DNA of 64,000 bases from Eledone cirrhosa (taxonomy: Eukaryota), in NCBI GenBank assembly GCA_964016885.1, contig OZ024742.1:158906001-158970000 (forward strand), written 5' to 3'. Every line of letters starts with the position of its first letter. Within the stretch, counting starts at the first letter, position 1. The notes below the pieces were generated by a model. That model was not told where the DNA came from. It searched no databases and was given only the letters and a program-made list of their open reading frames with translations. Position numbers and translations under genes: made by a program. Below, one piece after another: positions 14,688-29,110 of this stretch.

Positions 14688-15290
14688 ATCATCATCATCA
14701 TCATCGTTTAACGTCCACGCTAGCATGGTTTAGACGGTTTTGTTCCATTTGATGCGGGAATGGTCGGGAGACCGTGTCTCGCTCGTACGGTAGTGTCTCT
14801 GCCAGGTTTTTTACAGCTGGATGCCCTTCCTAACACCAACCACATTTAGAGTGTGGACTGGGAGCATTTTTACCGTGTCTCCTACACGACCACCTTACAG
14901 TGTGGACTGTTGTCTCATCGATACAGTGGACGGAACAGAAATGGGAGGATGGTGTGGGGTGTGTGGGGTGTATATTGGGTTAAAAGGTGCCAACTGACTG
15001 TAGGTTTGTATGCAAGGAAAGGCGGGTCTTCTGTACAACTTCATGGTGCCAAAGATCTCGATCCAGTGACATTCTCTTAGAGAGGTGTAAGTGAGCAAGG
15101 TCAGTTTTTATCACCTCGTCCCAGATTTTTCTTGGTCTACCCACTCCGTAGCATCCATCAATTTTCATTGCCCTGCACGTTTTTATTCAACTGTCGTCCT
15201 TCATACGCATCACATGGCAATACCAACGTAAACTCCTCTCCAGAGCACAACATTTGATACCTCTTATGCTTAGTCTCTCTCTCAATTCAT
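14688..15290 (-). mobile_element. 3' fragment of another RTE-type LINE with (GAT)n tail
   Basis: GRPRKIWDEVIKTDL on the minus strand; 3' UTR motif ggtgttaggaagggcatccagctgtaaaaa; ends in (atc)n on the plus strand. Confidence 0.75.
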
Positions 15291-15855
15291 TTATATATAT
15301 AGGTAAATATGTATAAACATTGCATTGTTAGTCATATTTGCTCAAATTTACTCTTTCAATAAATGATACAGTAATACAATATCTCATCAACATACAACTA
15401 TCTACAATATATGATATTATTACATTCGACTTTAGTACACATAGATAGTTCATTTTTCGTAGATGTCTACCTATATTAATAAACTACCACCTTAATAGTT
15501 TCATTTTATTGCGTTTGTTCATTTTCATATAAAAACCAGCTGCAGTACTTGAGATTTTAGATGTAGTTTTAGAAGTATAATTGTATCGCATGTTCATGTT
15601 TGACGTAAATCGGAGTGCATATTCTTATAGGCATCAATTTATCATAGTTATATCTAAAAATATCTATCTCATTGATTTATTTATAAACCTTGATTTAAAA
15701 TATCTCTTTGATATATACACGTATAGGTAAGTACACGCGTATCTGCTAACCTATACATACATTCATACATATTAACATACTTATACGTGTGTATGTATAT
15801 TTATATAAGATTGTATGTGTATATATGTACATATATATATGTGTGTATGTTTCTA

Positions 15856-15913
<58 letters not shown>

Positions 15914-15914
15914 A

Positions 15915-16070
15915 TATTAACAAATGGAAACTATATTTATATTTATAAAACCATATTTATTTCATTATACATATTTCAAGGACACCAAAGCAAATTATGG
16001 TGCGCTTTCATCAGATAAAATATAATATAGATCAGTTTTATAAACAAATATTGACATACCCTTAAAGAAT
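15915..16070 (-). repeat. Family F PLE terminal-repeat copy with HHR-like core
   Basis: Homologous to 36130-36380, 42277-42420, 44115-44350, 48735-48932 and 49598-49995. CTGATGA...GAAA core on the minus strand. Confidence 0.7.
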
Positions 16071-16476
16071 GCGACCATTTCGGTTGGAAGCTCCCGGATA
16101 GTGGGGTTACTAATTTTATTATTGGTCTATTATGCGGAGAGGTTTAAATCCCATACATTTAAATTAAGCCGTTGGAATAGGGGAAAAATAAAAAGAAAAA
16201 GAAAGAAAGAGCAAACCCAAAGAAGGAAAACAAAAGAAAGGAAAGAGAAAGAGAGAAAACCCTAAGTGAGAGAGCGTTGTATTAACGTAATTTTATGAGA
16301 TGATGAAGCGAAAAGATAAATACATAGTGGATGAATTACGCGGAGTAAATAAAGCGTGGATAAAAAATAAATAAATATGAATAACCGGAGAATTTTATCT
16401 ATGTTTAAATTTGATTAAATTATTGAGATCTATGAATTAAAAATTGAGATCTATATATTATTAAAAGAATATATAT

Positions 16477-16544
<68 letters not shown>

Positions 16545-17230
16545 GTTATTCCGGGTTGAATCGGTGGTAACCACAGTAAGTAAGGTACTCAATACATAGC
16601 AGAGTATAAAAGTATAAAAGTTTTAATATAGATGAGATTCTACAGGACTAGAACTGTTTCATTCATTAGAAATCATCAGGAATCTGGGTATCAAAAAGTA
16701 AATATGGTATTTATAGGTCTCTACAAGTGGTAGGAGAGGGTGGGGAGTGGGATGGGTGCAGGTCATTGGTTGATAGAAAAGGGAATTCATTAAAAGCTAA
16801 TTCTACAAAGCTATAGTTTATTTTTATTTATTTATGTTTTTAGAGTAACAAGGGCAGACAGAATTCTATAAACAGGTTCCGGATGGCATACCATTCCTTG
16901 TCATTAAGTTTCTCTTAAGCTAACAGATGTCTATAAAATCAGTGGGGGGTCAGTCATGGTCGGTAGAATTAAAGAAAAGGGAGATTCTTTAAAAGCTAAA
17001 ATCATTAAGGTTCTACTAAGTGACAAAGGTCTAGAGAATTCTGTAGACAGATTCAAAATACTGAGTGCATATCTTACTATTATCTTCGAACTTCTCTTAA
17101 ACTAATCAACTATATGCCAAAAATCAACAGACACATTCACAAAAAAACAAAAAAACACATACTCACACACTTACGCACAACCATAAACACACACACAAAC
17201 ACATATACACACATAAAAACACACACACAT
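16545..17230 (-). repeat. Inverted PLE terminal repeat containing a complete HHR
   Basis: 16705-17230 is the reverse complement of 27830-28357. HHR at 16635-16685(-): agattc-CTGATGA-t-ttc-taat-gaa-t-GAAA-cag-ttctagtc-ctg-TA-gaatct. Confidence 0.85.
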
Positions 17231-17244
17231 ATATATATATATTA

Positions 17245-17673
17245 AAAAAATGCCCACTTGAAAACAAATGCCTCACAAATGACATCGTATACAAATGCGA
17301 TGTCATCTCAGGCACCGAGGATTGCAAAAAAACTTACATCGGCATGACCTCCAACAACTTTAAGACCCGTTGGTATGCCCATACCCACTCCTTCAGTAGA
17401 CCGGATAAATCAAATCAGACAACACTCGCCTCCTACGTTTGGGACCTCAAAAGGAACTCCACCCCCTTCACGCTTAATTGGAAAATACTCCAGAAGGCGC
17501 GCTCTTACAACGGAGGACACAAGGGCTGCGACCTTTGTATTTCAGAGAGCTACGAAATTTTATTCGCCAAGGGCCCGCTACTGAACAAACTCTCTGAACA
17601 CTGCCCGAACTGCATGCACAAGAACTTTGCAACTTTCAAACACTTTAAGCCAGTGTTAAAGCCCGATGGCTAA
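17245..17673 (+). pseudogene. PLE GIY-YIG endonuclease C-terminal fragment
   Basis: CPLENKCLTNDIVYKC...TYIGMTSNNFKTRWYAH...CDLCISE...CMHK. Confidence 0.85.
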
Positions 17674-17849
17674 AAACGACCTCCCCCTATTAGCCCCTAT
17701 ACCTCCTCCCCACCCTACCCCCACCCCTCCTCAACCTGAAATACGGCCACTATGGTTATGTGAGTACCTCTTTCGTATCTACATTTTCTGCCTGTAGAGC
17801 TGTCTTTATGTGCCTGCGTATATGCGTATATTTATTGAGTACCTATTTA

Positions 17850-19350
<1,501 letters not shown>

Positions 19351-20509
19351 TTAAGTTTTTAATTAATTTTTGTATTCTGAAACATCAAAATACAACAATT
19401 TGTTGGTTACTGGACTCGGGAATGTCACGACAGAAGTTTGTGGAAGTTACACAAATATTTTAGTATATTTTAGCAGAGCAATCCTTATTTATATTTTACA
19501 TTTACTTACATCTCAATATAACATGGCTAGAATTCAAATTTTGCTAAGAGAAGAAAACGGTCAAATGAACTAGATACATCTCACTGTCCACACCACCACA
19601 ATAAAGTCTACACTCTCTCCCCACCATCACATGTCATTACCATACCATACCCTATCGAGACTAAAGTCATCGACCTGTTGTCAAACTCTCTACTCTCTGA
19701 TGAATGTATATATATATATGTGTGTGTGTATGTATATGTGTGTATATACATCACTCAGTCAAACAACCAGATTTCAACCCCAACATCTACAACAACAACA
19801 ACACCGGCCCTAATGTTTACAGCAACAACAGCTTCAGAATGAACTGAAATGAACATTTACAACAATTACAACAACAACAACAGCGGCATCAAAACATAAA
19901 AAAAAGGAAGGGAAAAGAAAAAAGAAAAGGGAAGGGGAAAAAAAAAAAAAAAAAAAAGGAGAAAAAAAAGAAAGGAAAAAAAAAAAAAAAAAAAAAACTC
20001 AAAATAACAAAACACACACACACACACACACACACACAACAGAACAACAACATCAACTGCCACCACCACCACCACCGCCACCGCCGTCGCCATCACCATC
20101 ACCAGCGACCTGGCCTTAAGAACAACTTTAATAATAATTTTTCTGCTTTTGGCACGGATCCAGCGACTGGCCAGCGCATCACTGGTACTCTCTTTTGTTG
20201 ACTCCGTGGAGAGCCATAACTCTATGCTGTAAAGCAATTATAGTAATACTGGACTGTAATACGATCGGCTTCAACTATACAAACTCTTGAAAGTCAACAG
20301 TTGACATAATCTGGTAATCTTGTATCAGTAATGACGGTAATATATATATATATATGTGTGTGTGTGCGTGTAAGTGAGTAGAGTAGCGTGTGTGTGTGTT
20401 TGTTGTGTGTGTGAGTGTTGCTGTGTGCACGCATATGTATGCGTGTGTGTGTATGTCGTACGTATAAGTGTCAATAAGTAATTTTTTTTTTTTTTTTTTT
20501 TTTTTTTTG

Positions 20510-20811
20510 CGCGGGGACATAGAAATAATCGGGCTGGATGCCCGATCGCGCAGTTAAACCACTGGGAGTGAAGAACCCCTAGCCCATGTCAGGGTATTCT
20601 TCTAGGAGAAGGCATCTCAGGAAACTGGGTTAACTCCGATATAAAACCTGCGGCTCAGTAGTTACCGATGATGTTGATCTTTTCTTCTTTTCGGGTTATA
20701 GCTACTGTCGCTCAGAGAGTGGGATTGGTTCAGTGCACAGTCTTTCCTCACTTTAAAAATATTCGTCACGCACAGGCATTGCACGAGTGCATTAATAATT
20801 ATTAATAGTGT

Positions 20812-20846
<35 letters not shown>

Positions 20847-20851
20847 TATTA

Positions 20852-20889
<38 letters not shown>

Positions 20890-23800
20890 CCAATTCAATG
20901 ATGTTCCAGAACAATGTAAACGAGATAAATGCCAATTTGGGTTCTGGAACAAAAGAGATCATTGGCAATAAGGGCAGGGGCCCCAAGTTATCACAACCTG
21001 GGCCCGTCCGTCATCGTGCCATTGTAATAGAGCCAAACAGGGCATTTAGTCTTGGCTGCTGGAACGTACGGACGCTGCTTGACAGGGATTCTTTGGAGCG
21101 TCCTGAACGAAGGACCGCTCTTGTTGCGAAGGAGCTTCGACGTTACGATCTTGACATCGTGGCTTTGTCTGAGACGAGGTTAGCTGGAGATGGTCATCTT
21201 ACGGAATTTTGTGGAGAATATACATTCTTCTGGAAAGGAAGAGATGAAGGAACCAGAAGAGAGGCTGGGGTAGGATTTGCTGTTAAGACTGTACTGGTGA
21301 ATAAATTGGAAGAATTCCCAGTGGGGATTAGTGAGCGTCTTATGTCCATGAGAGTTCCGCTGGACAAGGGAAGATATGCTACCCTGGTGAGTGTGTATGC
21401 TCCAACTATGAATTCTGTCGATGAAGAAAAACTGTCCTTTTACCATGCCTTGAAAGGTGTTTTAAGAAATATCCCTCAGGCAGACAAAGTCATCGTGCTT
21501 GGTGACTTTAATGCTAGAGTGGGTAGGGATTTTAACACATGGAATGTAATCGGAAGGCATGGGGTGGGAAAGTGTAACAGCAATGGTATGCTCTTGCTGC
21601 AGATGTGTGAGGAGCTGGATCTGTGTGTTACCAACACCATGTTCCAACAAAAGAACAAATTCAAGACCACATGGATGCATCCTGCATCTAAGGAATGGCA
21701 TCTTTTGGACTACGTCCTAGTCAGGATGCGTGACAGACAGGATGTGCGGTGTGTTCGTGTTCTTCGTGGAGCTGAGTGCTGGACGGACCACCGCCTGGTA
21801 CGCGCAAAAGTGAATCTAATCACCAAACGTAAAATCCGGGCTCCTGGTGTTACCCTGCCCAAAAGATTGAATGCTGCTCGTCTTAAGGATAAAAATGTGA
21901 AGAGGACATTGGAAGAAGAGATGCAGGCTGCAGATCTTGGTGAGGATTGGCCGACCCTTAAAAAGTCGGTTTATGATGTAGGCAGACGTGTTCTGGGATT
22001 GGTGCAGAGAAAACATCAGGACTGGTTTAATGAGAAAGATGTGCATATAGATGACTTGTTGGCTGATAAGAGGCGCGCTCTGTCACGCTACTTGACGGCA
22101 AGACCACAGGAGAGGAATACGTTGCATGAGGAGCTCAGGGATGTAAAATCACGTGTTAGGCGGAGTCTTTCTCAGATGAAGGATCAGTGGTGGAGTGAGA
22201 AGGCTGGTGAGATACAAACTGCGTCTGATTGCAATAACACAAAGCTGTTGTACAGTCTCTTGCGTGAGGTTTATGGACCGTCTTCTTCTCTGGTGACACC
22301 GATTCGCAGCAGGGATGGCAAAGAACTTCTTCGTGACTCACAGGGAATTCTACGAAGGTGGCGGGAGCACTTTGATGATCTTTTGAATCAGCCGTCTGTC
22401 GTCAGTGAAGATTTCCTCAATCTCATTCCGGAAAGTCCTGTGAAAGTAGCTCTCGCAGAGCCTCCGACACTTGTGGAGGTTGCAGTGGCTATTTCGAAGC
22501 TGAACAGTGGAAGATCTCCAGGTATGGATGGCATACATGCTGAGCTCCTACAATATGGTGGTGAGAGACTCCTGCAACATCTTCACTCTCTGTTTGGAGG
22601 GATATGGGCTAATGAATCCGTGCCTGAGGACTGGAGAGATGCAGTAATGGTGGTCTTGTACAAGGGAAAGGGTAACAGGAATGATTGTGGGAACTACAGA
22701 GGTATATCATTGCTTTCTGTCGTGGGGAAAGTTTTATGTAGGGTGCTTCTGGACCGTCTGCTGACACACATTGCAGATTGTGTCCTTCCTGAAAGTCAAT
22801 CTGGTTTTCGTGTTGGACGCGGCACTACTGATATGGTCTTCTCAGCTAGACAGCTCCAGGAGAAGTGCATTGAACAGGGCTTGGATCTGTATCAGGTTTT
22901 TGTCGATCTGACAAAGGCTTTCGATACTGTCAACAGAGATGCATTATGGAAGGTTCTCCAGAAACTTGGTTGCCCTGATAAGTTCCTTGCTTTAGTTAGG
23001 TCTTTCCATGACGACATGAAGGCTTGGGTTAATGTCGGAGGTAACATGTCGGAGCCTATCTCAGTAAAAAATGGAGTGAAACAGGGGGATATTCCAGCAC
23101 CGACCCTGTTTGCCATATACTTTGCAATGGTTTTCTGTGTTGCATTCAGGAATTGCGAGCATGGTGTTTACATCCGATATCGAACCTCAGGCAGCATATT
23201 TAACATCAGGCGCTTTGCTGCGAAGACAAAAGTATTTACATCAGTCATAAGAGACCTCTTGTATGCAGATGATTGCGATCTTGTAGCGCACACAGAGAGT
23301 GATATGCAGCACATTTTGAATGTATTTTCTGACGCTTGCACTGCCCTGGGTTTGACTGTCAGTCTCAAGAAAACCGTCGTCATGTACCAACCTGCACCTG
23401 GTAGGCAGTACACTGAACCAAACATCTATGTGTATGGCGAGCGACTTGGAGTGGTTGATCAGTTTGTCTACCTGGGAAGCACTGTCAATCGATACGGCAA
23501 CCTTGACGGTGAAATCTCACTTAGGATTAGGAAAGCAAGTGATGCTTTCGGAAAGCTAGAAAGGCGACTCTGGGGTCGGCGAGACATATGCAGGAGGACA
23601 AAGGTAAAGGTGTACAGGGCATGTGTACTCTCTTGTCTTCTTTATGCCTGCGAGACCTGGGTCACATATCGACGCCACCTTGAGCAATTGGAGCGTTTCC
23701 ATCAGATGTGTCTCAGACGGATACATGGCGTTCGCTGGAGGGACCACATCAGTGATGTCGAGATTTTGGAAAGCTCTATGTGTGACAGTATAGAAGCTCT

Positions 23801-24451
23801 TGTGCTTAGGCAGCGACTCCGTTGGAGTGGTCACCTTGCCAGGATGAAGGATTCTAGAATACCAAAACAACTCTTCTATGGAGAGTTGGTTAAAGGAAAA
23901 CGACCGCCACATAAACCAAAAAAGAGGTATAAGGATTCCTTGAAGGCCTCTCTGAAAGACGCTAACATCTCTGCTGATACATGGGAAAATATTGCTGCTG
24001 ATCGTAATAAATGGAGAAAGACTGTATATGAGGGAAAAGTTGCCTTTGAGGCATCTCGAATCGCACACGAGAAAGTAAAGCGGGACGTGAGGAAGGGTAT
24101 TGCTGTTGCACTTCCAGACGGCGAGGGTCCTCCTATGTTTCTGACATGCAGCGTCTGTGCGAGACTCTGCCTAAGCAAAGCTGGACTCGAAAGTCATCTT
24201 CGCAGTCATAAAGTAAGACCAGTGGTTGACTACCAGGCTGCTGTTGGAGATGCTACTCATCATGCTTGCCAAACATGTGGTAGAGAATGTAAATCAGCAG
24301 GAGGACTCAAGCGACATGCAAAAGTACACGAACTCCAACCACAGCCGACTATTCCCAGTAAATGTTTTGGTTGCCGACTCTGTGCAAGACATTTTGGATC
24401 ATTGGCTGGGCTAAAAAGCCACATTCGATCGCAGCACTGTTAGTTGCTATC

Positions 24452-24489
<38 letters not shown>

Positions 24490-24568
24490 GCTTATGTGCG
24501 TGCGTGTGTGTGTATATATATATGAATATGTATATTATTATTGTTGTTGTCGTTATTATTATTATTGC

Positions 24569-24650
<82 letters not shown>

Positions 24651-24655
24651 TTATT

Positions 24656-24697
<42 letters not shown>

Positions 24698-24737
24698 GTG
24701 CAATGGCCATACTCGATAACGAGGGGGCAGCCATCAT
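20510..24737 (+). mobile_element. Near full-length RTE-clade LINE, potentially active
   Basis: Single uninterrupted ORF with a 5' UTR (5' boundary uncertain). The 3' end tggccatactcgataacgagggggcagccatcat runs into microsatellite. Confidence 0.93.
20898..24443 (+). CDS. RTE LINE ORF: APE endonuclease + reverse transcriptase + three C-terminal C2H2-type zinc fingers
   Basis: 1181 aa. APE motifs WNVRTL, SETRL, YAPT, GDFNA, LDYVLV, TDH. RT motifs QSGFR, DLTKAFD, GVKQG, YADD. Fingers CSVC..SHLRSH, CQTC..RHAKVH, CRLC..SHIRSQH. Confidence 0.96.
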   Translation: MMFQNNVNEINANLGSGTKEIIGNKGRGPKLSQPGPVRHRAIVIEPNRAFSLGCWNVRTLLDRDSLERPERRTALVAKELRRYDLDIVALSETRLAGDGHLTEFCGEYTFFWKGRDEGTRREAGVGFAVKTVLVNKLEEFPVGISERLMSMRVPLDKGRYATLVSVYAPTMNSVDEEKLSFYHALKGVLRNIPQADKVIVLGDFNARVGRDFNTWNVIGRHGVGKCNSNGMLLLQMCEELDLCVTNTMFQQKNKFKTTWMHPASKEWHLLDYVLVRMRDRQDVRCVRVLRGAECWTDHRLVRAKVNLITKRKIRAPGVTLPKRLNAARLKDKNVKRTLEEEMQAADLGEDWPTLKKSVYDVGRRVLGLVQRKHQDWFNEKDVHIDDLLADKRRALSRYLTARPQERNTLHEELRDVKSRVRRSLSQMKDQWWSEKAGEIQTASDCNNTKLLYSLLREVYGPSSSLVTPIRSRDGKELLRDSQGILRRWREHFDDLLNQPSVVSEDFLNLIPESPVKVALAEPPTLVEVAVAISKLNSGRSPGMDGIHAELLQYGGERLLQHLHSLFGGIWANESVPEDWRDAVMVVLYKGKGNRNDCGNYRGISLLSVVGKVLCRVLLDRLLTHIADCVLPESQSGFRVGRGTTDMVFSARQLQEKCIEQGLDLYQVFVDLTKAFDTVNRDALWKVLQKLGCPDKFLALVRSFHDDMKAWVNVGGNMSEPISVKNGVKQGDIPAPTLFAIYFAMVFCVAFRNCEHGVYIRYRTSGSIFNIRRFAAKTKVFTSVIRDLLYADDCDLVAHTESDMQHILNVFSDACTALGLTVSLKKTVVMYQPAPGRQYTEPNIYVYGERLGVVDQFVYLGSTVNRYGNLDGEISLRIRKASDAFGKLERRLWGRRDICRRTKVKVYRACVLSCLLYACETWVTYRRHLEQLERFHQMCLRRIHGVRWRDHISDVEILESSMCDSIEALVLRQRLRWSGHLARMKDSRIPKQLFYGELVKGKRPPHKPKKRYKDSLKASLKDANISADTWENIAADRNKWRKTVYEGKVAFEASRIAHEKVKRDVRKGIAVALPDGEGPPMFLTCSVCARLCLSKAGLESHLRSHKVRPVVDYQAAVGDATHHACQTCGRECKSAGGLKRHAKVHELQPQPTIPSKCFGCRLCARHFGSLAGLKSHIRSQHC

Positions 24738-24948
24738 ATATATATATATATATATATATGTATATGTGTGTGTGTGTATGTATGTATATGTGTATATTTT
24801 TGTATATATGTATATATTTGAGTGTATGTATGTATATATATATACACATATATATATGTGTATGTGTGTGTATGTATGTGTGTATATATATATATATGTA
24901 TATGTGTGGGTGTGTGTATATATATATATGTGTATATATATGTGTATA

Positions 24949-24991
<43 letters not shown>

Positions 24992-25096
24992 ATATGTGTA
25001 TATATATGTGTATATGTATGTATATATATATATATATATATGTATGTATGGTGCTTTTTCCTTATATATATGTGTATATATGTGTATGTGTGTGTA

Positions 25097-25155
<59 letters not shown>

Positions 25156-25379
25156 ATGTATGTGTGTGTGTGTGTGTTTGTATGTGTATATATTCGTTTA
25201 TGTGTGTATATATATATATATATATGTGTGTGTGTATGTGTATGTATGTATATATGTATGTGGTTATATATATGAATGTGTATATATATATATATATATA
25301 TGTATATGTGTATATATATGTGTGTGTGTGTTTGTGTGTATGTATGTGTATATGTATATATATATGTGTGTGTATGGTT

Positions 25380-25428
<49 letters not shown>

Positions 25429-25434
25429 CATGTA

Positions 25435-25519
<85 letters not shown>

Positions 25520-25546
25520 GTGTATGTATGTATGTGTGTATGTGTG

Positions 25547-25601
<55 letters not shown>

Positions 25602-25619
25602 ACACATACCTACATACAC

Positions 25620-25667
<48 letters not shown>

Positions 25668-25670
25668 ATG

Positions 25671-25717
<47 letters not shown>

Positions 25718-25932
25718 CCCATACACACACATATATATACATATACACATACATACACACAAACACACACACACATATATATACACATATACATATATAT
25801 ATATATATATACACATTCATATATATAACCACATACATATATACATACATACACATACACACACACATATATATATATATATACACACATAAACGAATAT
25901 ATACACATACAAACACACACACACACATACAT

Positions 25933-25987
<55 letters not shown>

Positions 25988-26033
25988 TACACACACATAC
26001 ACATATATACACATATATATAAGGAAAAAGCAC

Positions 26034-26065
<32 letters not shown>

Positions 26066-26094
26066 CATACATATACACATATATATACACATAT

Positions 26095-26177
<83 letters not shown>

Positions 26178-26984
26178 TATACACATATATATATATACAC
26201 ACATATATACACACACCCACACATATACATATATATATATATGGTGGCTGCCAACTCGTTTTCGAGTACGGCCACTACTTTATATCCATGTAGGAGAACC
26301 CCTACCGATGCGCTGAACGAATGTGACTTTAGTCCAGCCAGCGACTTGAAAACTCTGGTACAAAGACTACACTTGTGACCATTATTGACACATAGTGCAG
26401 GGCCCATGGTACCATGTGATGACAAGTGCAGAGAGATCTCCAGATATAAAGCAATGCCTGTGCTGTGAAGCTTTTATAGTGAGCAAAGGCACTGCACAAA
26501 GCCAGTCCCACTCTCTTAACCAAGATGATATTTACCAAAAAGAAGAACAGGTCAACATCATTGGATACCATCAGGGTTGCAGGTGTTATATCAGAGTTTT
26601 CCTTCTCCTAGAATTCTGCCTTGACAAAGGCTAAGGGGTCATCTCTCCCGGTGATTTTGGATGGCCATTGACTCTTAAGAGCTCCTTTGCCCTTTGACAG
26701 GTTTTGTTTTTAGTCCTGCAGGATGTCCAAAGTCACCCTCCTCACCAAGAAACCTTGGTGGGGTTGCCAGTTTAGTCGCCAACGACCCGACCATGGGACA
26801 GGTTGTACTGGGATACATGTTACCAGTAGCACCAACTGGTGACCTGACAATAATATATATATATACACACATACATACACACACATACACATATATATAT
26901 GTGTATATATATATACATACATACACTCAAATATATACATATATACAAAAATATACACACATATACATACATACACACACACAC

Positions 26985-26990
<6 letters not shown>
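24738..26990. repeat. Microsatellite tract forming a large imperfect palindrome (centre ~25590)
   Basis: Unique interruptions are mirrored: gtgctttttcctta/taaggaaaaagcac, tattcgttta/taaacgaata, tgtgggtgtg/cacacccaca, tatttgagtg/cactcaaata. Confidence 0.85.
26241..26848 (-). mobile_element. RTE-derived non-autonomous element (SINE-like), full ~608 bp
   Basis: Made of an RTE 5'UTR-like block, a zinc-finger remnant ([19 protein letters not shown]) and an RTE-like 3' end tggccgtactcgaaaacgagttggcagccaccat. Four copies in the window. Confidence 0.88.
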
Positions 26991-27027
<37 letters not shown>

Positions 27028-27028
27028 T

Positions 27029-27065
<37 letters not shown>

Positions 27066-27092
27066 CAAACATACATACAAACATACATATAT

Positions 27093-27163
<71 letters not shown>

Positions 27164-27401
27164 CAAACATACATACAAACATACATATACACATACATAC
27201 ATATAAACATATATATACACACATATATACACGCATGTACATACACATATACACATATATATACACATATATATATACACATATATATATACACATATAC
27301 ACATATACATACATATATCTACACACACATATATATACATATTATATATACACATATACACACACATACACACACACATATATACACATACATACATACA
27401 C

Positions 27402-27495
<94 letters not shown>

Positions 27496-27699
27496 ATATG
27501 TGTCTGTGTATGTGTATGTATATATGTCTATATGTATTTGTGTGTATAAGTATACACATGTATATTTGTGTTTGTATGTATGCGTGTGAGTGTATTTATT
27601 TGTGTATATATGTGTGTGTGTGTGTATGTATGTGTATATGTGTGTGTGTATGTGTATATATATATGTGTGTGTATATATGTGTGTATATACTTATATAT

Positions 27700-27775
<76 letters not shown>

Positions 27776-27829
27776 GTATGTGTGTATGTATGTGTGTGTA
27801 CATGAATATATTTTTATATATATATATGT

Positions 27830-28357
27830 GTGTGTGTTTTTATGTGTGTATATGTGTTTGTGTGTCTGTTTATGGTTGTGCGTAAGTGTGTGAGTGAGTA
27901 TGTGTTTTTTTGTTTTTTTTGTGAATGTTTCTGTTGATTTTTGGCATATAGTTGATTAGTTTAAGAGAAGTTCGAAGATAATAGTAAGATATGCACTCAG
28001 TATTTTGAATCTGTCTGCAGAATTCTCTAGACCTTTGTCACTTAGTAGAACCTTAATGATTTTAGCTTTTAAAGAATCTCCCTTTTCTTTAATTCTACCG
28101 ACCATGACTGACCCCCCACTGATTTTATAGACATCTGTTAGCTTAAGAGAAACTTAATGACAAGGAATGGTATGCCATCCGGAACCTGTTTATAGAATTC
28201 TGTCTGCCCTTGTTACTCTAAAAACATAAATAAATAAAAATAAACTATAGCTTTGTAGAATTAGCTTTTAATGAATTCCCTTTTCTATCAACCAATGACC
28301 TGCACCCATCCCACTCCCCACCCTCTCCTACCACTTGTAGAGACCTATAAATACCAT
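27830..28357 (+). repeat. PLE 3' UTR segment, partner of the inverted copy at 16705-17230
   Basis: Near-identical reverse complement of 16705-17230. Confidence 0.88.
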
Positions 28358-28360
28358 ATA

Positions 28361-28456
<96 letters not shown>

Positions 28457-28459
28457 CTA

Positions 28460-29029
28460 TCAAAAAATATTATTAAAATATATGTTATTATTAGATAACC
28501 TTACATAATTTTATTATTAATCATCAACCAACAATTAATTATTAATTTTTCAATTAACAATAAAACTTATAAGAAAAACAAAATATATGTTTAAAATATA
28601 GGAATGTTCAGAGATTTTACCGAAGAAAAATCTCTTCTTAGTAATAGTAATACAGCGTGAGGGAAAATTAATTTGTAATTTAGATAGCTCTAAGGATTAA
28701 TTGTTATAAACGTTATGATGATAAAAAGAATTTAAGATTATAAGAGAACCTTATATTATTTTATAGTAAGTTATTATTTTATAAATTTCATATATTTTAT
28801 AAATCCACCTGTTATACAGTTGTGACTGTTAAAATATAAATTTGTTTACTATAATGTCTTAATGTTTAAAGTTTTTCATAAGAATATATCTAAAGCATAA
28901 ACCGTAAAAAGCCTTTTATATGAGTTCATTCATAGAATGTATTCAAATTATACATTTCGACATATATACACACACATATACACAGACATACATACGCATA
29001 TATACACATACATATACACACATACATAT

Positions 29030-29110
<81 letters not shown>

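Noticed and set aside
26395-26634. Recurrent 79-aa ORF in the four-copy element as a conserved small gene
   Set aside because: It is antisense to the element and recurs only because the copies are near-identical.
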